A DNA stretch of 64,000 bases from a virus: positions 17,628 to 81,627 of IMG/VR virus record IMGVR_UViG_3300046780_000484, one strand, 5' to 3'. The notes beneath the pieces are model-generated. The model was not told where the DNA came from. It searched no databases and was given only the letters and a program-made list of their open reading frames with translations. Positions within the stretch are counted from its first letter, which is position 1; the number at the start of each line of letters is the position of its first letter. The translations under genes and the position numbers were made by a program. Shown piece after piece: positions 36,758 to 46,100 of the stretch.

Positions 36758-38917
36758 CTAACTGTAGGGGCTGATGTCGCTCACCTGGAGACCCTGAAGG
36801 ATTCCAGAGTAGAACGGCGCATGTGCGACCAAAGACCCCAAAAGGAATATCGAGTACCTAAAGGTCGCATCTATGACAGGCCACGCGCAAGGTGTTACAT
36901 CTACCCAAAACGGACAGATGGGCGGGTCATTTCTGCCGCGCCTCTGCATCTTCGCTGGTCAATGCAGTTCGGAACGTCTCACGATCTGCCGTCGCCCGGC
37001 CCGTAATGCCTCGGGCCGACGCCGGTTACACAGATCCGGCACATACGCTCTCTGCACACCGCCAGGCATCGACGGTGCTCACGATTCCCCTGTTGCTACA
37101 GCCGGGGTTTCCTGATCAGTGCCGTTATTCGACGGAGGTCACCCTCCGAAGCCGCCTGATTACTAGTTGACGGAAACGTAGTCCTGTACGCAGGTCATCT
37201 CCCACGCGTTGTCCACGTGGCTCCACGTCTGCGGGAGCTGGTAGGACATCAGCAGCGCCGTGCCCTGGGACATCCAGGGGTGCACGGTCAGCTTCACGGT
37301 CGACCTCGTGACGGGGTTCACGAACTCCGCCACGGCAGCCCCGGCGCGAATGCCGGAGATCTGGTCCTGGGAGATGTTGAGAAGGTAGTTCAGGCCCGCG
37401 CCCTGGGTGAGCATGTCGTTCGCGAGCCGCATCAGGTCGCCGCCGTCGGCGACGATCTCGGACGGGTCAGCCCGGTACACGCCCGGGGTGACGTTGTTCA
37501 TGCCGTTGTTCTCCCACAGCCCGTCGAGCGCCGTGAAGATGGCGTTCGTGCTGAGGTGGGTCCCGACGGACTGGTTGACGTAGCCGCCCTGCCACACGTT
37601 CGCGGCCTCGAACCCGACGTTCGCGTACGGGCCGGAGCCGGTGTCGGACAGGCCGGACAGCACCGGGATGAGGCCTTCCATCCGCTGGCTGGAGCCCGTC
37701 CCCGTGTCCGTCGCCGACGCGGTGTTCGCCGTGGCGACCGCGCCCTGGATGGTGAACCGGATACCGCCCACCGAGTTCGCGGTCTGCTTGCCCGTGGTCG
37801 TGACGCCGGCCTGCACCGACGTGCCGACCTGGAGGAACCCGTTCGCCCTCGAGGCCGAGGAGTTCGTCGACACGTAGATGTTGTACTGCTGCGCCCCGGC
37901 GACCGGGGTGATCACGACGTCGACGACGTTGCCGGTGGTCAGCGGGGTGTCCGAGGTGAACGAGCTGACCGTGGTCTCGCCGAAGTAGTTCAGCGCGGTC
38001 ACCGCGACGGCGAAGTGGGTGCCGCCGCCTGTGATGGCGGTCTCGTTGGAGCCCGCCACACGCTGGGTGATGGCAGGCGCTGCGGGGGTCGCGAGGTTCT
38101 GGGACGAACCCGCGATCATCTGATATTCCTCGCCCAGCATCATCTCTTGCAGCAGCACGAGATTAGCGAGGGCGGAGATGTCCTCAAATCCCTGACCCTG
38201 GAACTGGGCCAACCAGCTGAGCGACTCACTGAGCCCAAAAAACCTGTAGGGCACGTTGAGCCGGTACTGGGTCTGGGACCCGGCGCCGGGGATGTTGAGC
38301 GGCCAGGTCGAGCCGATGCCCGTCTGGCCGGACTGGACGAGTTCCGGCAGGGAGATGTCGATGACACCCTGGCCGCCGGTCTGGCTGCCGGAGATGCCCA
38401 GGAGGCCGTAGACCTGCTTGGACAGGCCCTGGCCGGCCGGGCGGGGGAACTTGTTGCGGAAGAGCGTGTACACGGGGTACACGAGCCGCGAAGGCGCCGC
38501 GAGATCGAACGGAACGAGCCCGTACGGCGCACCCGCCGTCCCGAGGTTCTGCGCGGTGAAGTTCTTCCGCACGTCGGCGTCGGCGCGAAGCCGGTACGCC
38601 AGCGGGGCGAACTGCGGGTTCGTCGCGAACTCCGTCGCCAGGCTGCCGATCACCGTGTCCGAGTCGTGGCGGCCCTGGACCGTCGCGGCCTTGGTCCGCA
38701 GCATCAGGTCATGGCTCTTGGTGAAGATCGTCCCGCCGTCGGACGCGTCGTCCAGGGGGATGCCCTTGGTGACGTGGCCGACGCCCTTGACGGCCTTGGC
38801 CGCGGACTTGGTGATCGCTTCCTCGAAGTTCCTGCCGGACGGGGGGGCCATGCGCGGCGCTCCCCCTGCCCCCATCTGGGGGCCTGCCGCCTCATCGGCG
38901 GCGTACGTTACTGCCAC
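36758..38917 (-). CDS. major capsid protein, two exons (38917-37170 and 36887-36758), 625 aa spliced
   Basis: Follows protease/scaffold; PFDLAAPSRLVYP; splicing restores ...QDYVSV-AWPVIDATFRYSIF...GILQG. Confidence 0.88.
36888..37169 (-). ncRNA. ORF-less group I intron (282 nt)
   Basis: P1 CCGU/GCGG with U-G at 5' splice site; P3 CGGCAC/GUGCCG; P7 GAGCGU/ACGUUC; terminal G; removal restores frame. Confidence 0.88.
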
Positions 38918-38932
38918 ATGTCTCCTAAAAGA

Positions 38933-41900
38933 TCATGGGGCTGCCTCCCGTCCCAGTGTCAACAGGGACTGACCGGCAGCCTCACGGATGCCTGGATCGG
39001 AGTGGTTGTAGTAGGTCTTCTCAAGGTTGCGCCGGATCATGTCCTGGGACCGCGCCGCGGCCTCAGCTACGTCGGGGACGGCCGCCGGCCGCCTCGACTT
39101 GATGACCTGGGGCTGGAACGCCAGGCCGCTGAACGCGGCCGTGGACGGGTCTGGCTGGTCAGCGATGGCGTCGATGACGCGCTGCTGCTCAGCAAGCTTG
39201 GTGGTGTAGGTCTCGTCCTGCTGCTGGATCTTCTCCAGGAGAGGGGCGACGGCCTTGGTCACTGCGGCCTCAATGTCAGCGGGGCCGAAAGAGGCGGCGG
39301 CGGGAGGAGCGGCCGGGGTGCCAGGCGGCAGCACGAGCACCTTGCCGCCTGCGGCCATAGCCGACTTCTCAAGGCCAGCCTGGATGCGGGCGATGTCGCC
39401 GGGGGTCGCGTCGGCGTTCGGCGCGAAGGTGATCGCAGGCTCAGCGGCCTTCTGGGCGAACTGGCGGCCGAGCTTGGCGCGGGCCTCGTCGACGGTCATC
39501 GAGCCGGACAGGACCTTCTTGCCGAGCTTCTTCCGCTGCTTCTTGAAGCCCTTGTAGATGTCGGCGTCCATGAACAGGCCGTCCCGCTCAGGCTCGGCCT
39601 TGAGGGCAGCGACGGGAGCGCCGGCCCTGGTCGGAGGATTGGCGGCGATGGCGTCCAGGTCCAGCTGAAAACCCTCGCCCTTGCCGATGCCCGCAGGCTG
39701 GGGCACGGGGTGGTTCTCGGCCTGCTGCGGACCGTCCAGGGCCATGGGGCACACCGGGGGGAACTGGCGGGACAGGTGCTCGTGCATCCGGACGAGGGCC
39801 TGCCGCTGGGCTTCCTTCTCCATCGCCGCGTAGGACAGCTGGGTGGGGACGCCCTGCTCGGACGGGTACTCGAACGACGCCTTCATGAAGCTGGGCGACG
39901 GGGACTGGTGCCCGGACGACAGCGGCGGCCGGTCGAAGCTGTGCGCGTCCGGGGCGCTGCTCGCGACCTGCGGGGAGGTGTTCGGCCCGCCGTGGTCGGT
40001 GGCGTACGCGGACCGTCCGTCCGTCAGGACCGGGCGGTTGTACGACTGCGGGGACACGCAGCCCGGCGTCGGGTACGACCCGGGGCCGGGGTTGGCGTCA
40101 CGGAACGCCTTGTGCAGCTCGAGCCGCCAGTCGTTCAGGTCGGCCGGGCTGGCGGTCTTCAGCAGCAGGGCCGCCTGCCAGGTCTCCTGCGCCTTCATGG
40201 CGGCCTCGAGCGGGCCGGCGGCGGCGGCGAGGGTCTTGCGCTGCCACGCCCCGGAGTCGATCAGGGTGCCGAGGTCGGCGTACGGGTGGTACTTCGCGAC
40301 CTGCTCGGGGTGGAACGCGGGGCAGGTCAGGTCGTGGAGGCGGCCCAGGTCCTCGTCGGCGCCGGTCGCCTTGAACCGCAGCAGCGCGGCGACTTCCGGG
40401 TCCGGGGCGAGGTCGGGCACCGCGGACTTGCCGCTGTCGCCGTCGGCCATGCCGGCGTCGGCCTCGAAGGATTCCGCCTCCGCCCCGTCCGGCTCCCGGT
40501 GCGCGGGGACGGGCTTCATCGACTCGCCGACCGCACCCGACGCGGACGCCGGAGTGGCGCCCTTGGTCGACGCCGGGCCGTCGGACTCCATCAACTCGGG
40601 GACGGGTGCGCAGGTCATGTCGTGGGTGCCGGCCACGCCTGCCGCCTGCGCGGGGGTGGTGTGGCACTTGGAGCACACGATGTCGCTGGTGCCCTCGACC
40701 CCGGTCCACAGGTGGTCGGTGACGGACTTGCACGCCTTGGAGGCGTCGTCCGAGTCATCGCTGCCGGAGTCGTCGTCAGCAGGCTTGTTGAGCCACGGGG
40801 GGAGCTTCTTCTTCTTGGCCTTGGCCTTCTTGACCGGCTTGTCCTTGGGCTCGGGCTCGGGGTCCTTGGTGACCTCAGGCTCGGCTTCGGCCTTCGCCGC
40901 CTGCTCTTGCACGGCCGCCCTGGCGGCAGCCGCCTTGTCGGCAATGACATCATCGAGCAGCGCGCGGCCGGCCTCTTCCAGGCTGCCGCCCTTGCTCACG
41001 CCGTCGCTCTCATCGAGCGGATTGGCCACACCCAGCTCCTCTGCCCTGCGGGCGATAAGGCGGCGCGCAGCCGCTGTGTCACCGTGACCCGAGCGCGCCA
41101 GCGTGGCAGCGTTCCCCAGGTCCCCGGCGTTCTCGATCGGGTACGACAGGTTCGGGAGTGCCTTGCCGTCCGCCGCCAGCCGGCGCCTCGTCGCGGTGTC
41201 GATGTCCCGCTTGTAGACCGCCGCCTCGGCGTCCGTGACGGCCTTGAGGGCGAGGTCGTCGTAGTGCTGGCCGACCGCGAGCTTGCGGCTCAGCGTGTTC
41301 AGCTTGGCGATGTCGGCGGGCGAGATGGACAGGGACAGGCTGGCGGGCAGGTCGACGTTCACCAGTTCGTCGGGGGCCGGCCACGTGTCGGTGCCGCCGC
41401 CCTTGGTCAGCAGGTTCCCGCCGGTCACCTTGGCGAGCAGCGCGGGAGGTGCCGCCTTGGCGATCTCTTCCTGCGAGCCGACCATCTCGCCGGCGAACCC
41501 GAAGTCGTCCCCGCCACCCGCCGACTTGCGGGTGATCTGGAACTTGCTGGAGAAATTGGAACCCCGGTCGACCACGCTCAGCTCGGCGATCTTGCTCAGC
41601 CCGTCCGGCCGGCCGGTGATGATGCCGCCCGTGGCCGCGCCGCGAGGGTCCAGGGCCTTGTCCGGGCCGAACTTGATGTGCGGCATCGAGATGCCCACCG
41701 AGTAGTCGTTCAGGACCCCGGTGCGGACGAAGTGCTTGGCCAGCGGGTCGCAGATCAGGCTCTTGACGTAGTGGCCGTCCGTGGTGACCTGAACGTCGTG
41801 GCCCTTGCCGACCGGCCGCTTCGGGTCGTGGCTCATGCGGACGTTGCCGCCCGTCGCGGCCCATTCCTTCAGCGCGACGGCACTCCACTGCGGGTCCACG

Positions 41901-42058
41901 ATCTGCCGGTCCGCGTCCACGGTGCCGTCCGTGGCCTTGCCGACAATCCAGATGTCAGGCGTCCCGTCGACCGGGTTGATGGAGTCGGTGTCCTCTTGCT
42001 TCTCGATCGGGAAGCTGAAGTGCAGCAGCTCCTGATCGGCATCAAGCGTTGTGGCCAC
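38933..42058 (-). CDS. prohead protease-scaffold fusion
   Basis: NVRMSHDPKRPVGK, LNDYSVGI, ELSVVDRGSN protease motifs; long low-complexity C-terminus with repeated TKA/TKG. Confidence 0.85.
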   Translation of the reverse strand: MATTLDADQELLHFSFPIEKQEDTDSINPVDGTPDIWIVGKATDGTVDADRQIVDPQWSAVALKEWAATGGNVRMSHDPKRPVGKGHDVQVTTDGHYVKSLICDPLAKHFVRTGVLNDYSVGISMPHIKFGPDKALDPRGAATGGIITGRPDGLSKIAELSVVDRGSNFSSKFQITRKSAGGGDDFGFAGEMVGSQEEIAKAAPPALLAKVTGGNLLTKGGGTDTWPAPDELVNVDLPASLSLSISPADIAKLNTLSRKLAVGQHYDDLALKAVTDAEAAVYKRDIDTATRRRLAADGKALPNLSYPIENAGDLGNAATLARSGHGDTAAARRLIARRAEELGVANPLDESDGVSKGGSLEEAGRALLDDVIADKAAAARAAVQEQAAKAEAEPEVTKDPEPEPKDKPVKKAKAKKKKLPPWLNKPADDDSGSDDSDDASKACKSVTDHLWTGVEGTSDIVCSKCHTTPAQAAGVAGTHDMTCAPVPELMESDGPASTKGATPASASGAVGESMKPVPAHREPDGAEAESFEADAGMADGDSGKSAVPDLAPDPEVAALLRFKATGADEDLGRLHDLTCPAFHPEQVAKYHPYADLGTLIDSGAWQRKTLAAAAGPLEAAMKAQETWQAALLLKTASPADLNDWRLELHKAFRDANPGPGSYPTPGCVSPQSYNRPVLTDGRSAYATDHGGPNTSPQVASSAPDAHSFDRPPLSSGHQSPSPSFMKASFEYPSEQGVPTQLSYAAMEKEAQRQALVRMHEHLSRQFPPVCPMALDGPQQAENHPVPQPAGIGKGEGFQLDLDAIAANPPTRAGAPVAALKAEPERDGLFMDADIYKGFKKQRKKLGKKVLSGSMTVDEARAKLGRQFAQKAAEPAITFAPNADATPGDIARIQAGLEKSAMAAGGKVLVLPPGTPAAPPAAASFGPADIEAAVTKAVAPLLEKIQQQDETYTTKLAEQQRVIDAIADQPDPSTAAFSGLAFQPQVIKSRRPAAVPDVAEAAARSQDMIRRNLEKTYYNHSDPGIREAAGQSLLTLGREAAP

Positions 42059-42122
42059 ACGGCTCCTTGCTGTCGGCGTCCATGACGGGGTGGCCGCCCG
42101 TCAGGCGTGCCACGATGAAGGA

Positions 42123-42434
42123 ATGAGCGGGTACTGGACTCCCTTGCGCGACGAGTCACGCAGGTACTGGCAGCGCGTACGCAACCAGCGCGAAGCCGAG
42201 GAGCGCAGCCGACGGGAATGGATCAGCGAGGTCAAGCAGCGCCTCGGCATCGTCTGCTGGGGCGACGAGGCACCCTCGCGGCCACTCCCCGACTGGCCGG
42301 CCCTCCCCGAAGGAACCCGGCCCGGCGACTGGAAGGTCGTCAGCGAGCAGGCCGTGGCATCCCGCGACGGCATCAACTTCTACGTGAAGCCCGAGGGGAT
42401 GCCGCTCACCGAATGGTGGGACTCAATCCCCTAG
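42123..42434 (+). CDS. hypothetical protein, counter-oriented
   Basis: CACGAT-6nt-ATG; Trp-rich 103 aa. Confidence 0.55.
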   Translation: MSGYWTPLRDESRRYWQRVRNQREAEERSRREWISEVKQRLGIVCWGDEAPSRPLPDWPALPEGTRPGDWKVVSEQAVASRDGINFYVKPEGMPLTEWWDSIP

Positions 42435-42830
42435 TCCTCGTCGCTGCTGTCGTCAGGCGGCTGCAGCGGCGTCCACAGTCGCGTCCGCGCCTGCCACCTG
42501 CTGCCGAGCCGGTCATCCCCGAGGGCCATCACGTAGCCCCGGGGGGTCATCACTGCCCCGCCTGCCAGGTCCACGGTGACCCCGGCGTTCTCCAGGGCGT
42601 TCAGGGCGTCAGCGACGGCGGACAGGAGGCGGGCGGGGTCAGATATCAGGCTCATCGCCTGCTGCCGCCAGGTAGTCGGCCAGGAGCCCTTCCGGCTCGC
42701 TTTCCCCTGCGAAGGTGACCGCGAACCGGAACTCCGCTCCCCGGCCGGCCAGGTTGGCGTTCAGCTCGTCCACGATCTGCCGGGCCACGGCCAGCTGCTC
42801 CCGCTCGTATTCGGTGACGGAGAGCTTCAC
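42431..42830 (-). CDS. two small hypothetical genes (42431-42655, 42639-42830)
   Basis: Overlapping ORFs in operon orientation. Confidence 0.5.
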
Positions 42831-43184
42831 GCGCTCGCGGGCCGGAGGCGGAGCCGCTTCCTGGCGCGCTGCTCGTCCCGCAGCGGCCAGCCGGTCACAG
42901 CACTGCGCCGGTCTCAGCGTCCCGGTTCAGGAATACGACCGGGCTCCCGTCATTCGCGACGAACGCTATCCAGCTCGCGTCTGCCGGTTCGATCCACCCC
43001 TGGTGTCCGGTGCTCTCGGGGTGGCCGTACCTGCCTACGGTGATGTTGCCCACGGCTCTCACCTCCTCTCGGTGCATGCCTGGCCAGCATCGAAACGCGA
43101 CCTGCGGAAACGTGGAGTCTTTGCAGGTCAGATGAGCTGGCCAACTAATGCTGCGGTGCCATCGGGGCACTTCGTAAAGCTATT

Positions 43185-46100
43185 CTACTTACCCTCTTCC
43201 ATCTGCGCGTGCTGTGCGGGCCAGTAGCCGAGCGCCCTGTGGTGCATGAGATTTGCGTAGCCCTTGGCCTGCTCGTCGGTCATGTGGGCGTGCTCTTTCA
43301 GCAGCGCGACCGCGCGCATGAAGTCGCCGTCGGTACCCCAGGCAATTTCGTCGGCGTAGGCGAAGTCCGTCGGGCCGCCGTGGGCTTCGTGCGTCCAGTA
43401 CTCGCGTAGCGTCTCGGCGTCACCCTTGTTCGCGGGGTCGTCGCCCTGATGCAACTGACTGCTGTGCGTCTGCAGCGCTTGGGGCATCCACCGGGCCGGG
43501 ACCGTCCCCACGTAGGCGAGGACCGGCTTGCCGAGCTTGAAGTGCCGCGCCATTCCCCGGTGATGGCCGTCGATGATGATCTCCCGGCCGTCGGGGTGGT
43601 TCGCCTGGTGGACGAGGACCGACGGGTTGGTGTGCGCCCCGCCCCTCGCGATGTCCTTGGCGAACCGCTGTACCGCTTCCGGCTGGTGGCTGGCGGCCCA
43701 CGAGTCGATGTCGTCGTCGTCGACGCGCGACCAGGGAACGTTGACGGGCCCGACCCATGTCGAATGCTTGACCCATTCCAGCGCGGAGTCCGGGAAATTG
43801 CCCTCTAGCTGGGCATATACGTGCCGCCATTCCACCGGGTTCGCGTCGGTGACGTGCTGCGCGCCCTTGGGGAGGTCGTGGACGACGTTGCTGCCGGCCT
43901 CCGGGGACCATTCCTCCACCGTCTCGGCCGGGTCGAACGCCTCAGGCTCGGCGGTGTGCGGCTTGTACGGCTCCGGGGTTCGTGCCGGAACGGAGCCGAC
44001 TACCGGGTGCCCGGAGTCGTTCGCGGACTTCACCCCGGACGGCGGCACCCCGGTACGGCCGCCGACGGGAGAGGCGGCAGGGGTGAGCGTGTTCTGCGGC
44101 GCAGGCCACATCTCGTCGTGCGCGTACCCCTGGTTCGGGAACGCCACGGCGGGAGGGTTTGGCTTGCGCCCGCGCGAGGGCATCTCCCCGTCATCCCCGC
44201 CGCGGGGCTCGAGCGTGTCGTGCGGCTCCGGCTCGGCCATGTCGTCGGACCAGCGCGGCGGTTCCCCGCCCGCGCTTCCGGCATCGCCTGGAACGGCCCC
44301 AGGGCCCGCGTCAGGCCATTCCGAGCCGTCCGCCCTGTGCGGATAGGGCCAGCGGCTGCCGACCGCCTGGAGCGCCTGCGAGGCCGGGGTGAGGGTGAGG
44401 ACTTCCCCGTTCGCGTTCACCATGCGCTGGAGGGCCTTGGTGACGTGCTCCCGCAGGGTGATGCCGTGCTCCCAGTCCTCGCGGAACTTCGGGGCCAGGT
44501 CCAGGGCGGCGATCTCCTTGCGGCGGAACCACGCCGCGCCCCGCGTCTCGTCCGGGGTGGCCCCGTCGAGGGTGGGGTGGAAGTACGCGGTGTCGCACAG
44601 CCACAGGTACACCTGCGTCTTGCCGTCGTCCTCCACATGGTGGAAGGTCCCCGCGATCCGCAGTTCAGGGAACTGGCCGATCTCCTCGGCCGTCTCCCGG
44701 AGCACAGCGGTCCACGAGTCCTCACCCACGTGCGGCTTCCCGCCCGGCATGCCCCAGGTGCCGTCGGGGCGCTGCTGGAGCAGGAACCGCCACTTGCCGT
44801 CCTCGTCGCGGGCGCGCAGCAGCAGCCAGACGAGGCGCGTCTCGTCGTCTACGGCGGCGGATTTACCCAGGTGCGCCAGCGGCGGCTCAGCTTCCACGCC
44901 TGCTGGCGCAGGTACGCATCGGCAAGCCGGATGGACCAGCCCCAGTACGCCCCCCGCCGAGAAGACGGCATCGAGCGGGATTTCTCCGTCATCGGCGGCG
45001 TCCTTGCACAAGTCACAGGCGTTAGGCGACAGCAGCAGGTGCTTGAACTGCACCCCGTGGTCGCGGTAGCACTGGATGGCCGCGCTGTTGACCGCCCTGG
45101 CCACTTCGGTCCGGGCGATGAGTTCCGCGCGGACGCTGTTGTTCCCCAGCCCGGTGCGGGCGACCTGCTGGAGCCAGTGCTCCCCCTCGGAGCCGATGAA
45201 CCCGGCCAGCGCCTCAGGGTCCTCCCCCTTGGCGCTGAAGTCCGCGGGAGCGCCCGTGACGAGGGACTTGGCCGCCGCGTAGCCGAGGTGCCACGCTTCG
45301 GTCCACAGGGGCGCCAGGACGCCGGAGAAGACGTCCCGCACCTCGTCGGAGATCAGGTCCCGCAGGGTGGCGTTGCTGACGTACATGCCCCCGGTGGCGG
45401 CCTTGCGGCGCAGGTCCGAGCCTTTGGCCTCGGCGTCGTGGAACGCCTGCCCGATGAGGTTCTTGTACGCGCCGACCAGGCCGAGGTCGCGCTCCCAGCC
45501 GGGCCAGTGCGCGGCGGCCTTCGTCACCTCGCCTGCCGGCGGGTATGAATCAGGGACGGGCCGGGGGCTGCCGCAAGCGACCGGCCCGTCGTCGTCAGCC
45601 TTGAGGCAGATGTCCCCGGCGCGTTCCACAGCCGTGTCGATCAGCACGCCCCTGGCGATGTCCTCGGCGATCATCCCGAGGGCGCGTTCCGGGATGTGCT
45701 CCGTCACCCACGTGCTGATCTGCCGGCCCTTGCGCAGGTGCCGGGCCAGCGCGCCGAGCTCGGAGTCGACGGCCTTCTTGCGGCTGCCGGCGACGGACGA
45801 CCGTGACGGGGTGCCCCCCGTGCGCGGGCCGGGCGACTGGATCGCTCCGGCGGCTGCGGAGTGGGCGGGGGTGACAGACTCCCGGTGCGGCGACACTGGT
45901 GCGGGATGCGAGCCGTTCGGCCGGGTCTGGCCGCCGCGGCGGACGGCCGGCTGGCTGTTCCGGGTCCGCGACGACGTGGTGCGCTGCCCGGAGTTCGTCC
46001 CCTGGCCCCCGGCGCCGCCGCCCTGCATGTTCGCGATGAGCTGCGGGGCCATCGAGAACGGGATCGGCCCCTGCGCCGTGAACACGACCGGCTCGCCCGT

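Noticed and set aside
36888-36949. Separate 63 aa gene starting at 36949
   Set aside because: The first part is intron sequence; the rest is capsid exon 2
37217-42085. 1622 aa plus-strand ORF, and similar long antisense ORFs (45861-47765, 53758-55653)
   Set aside because: Shadow ORFs opposite GC3-biased real genes; no motifs
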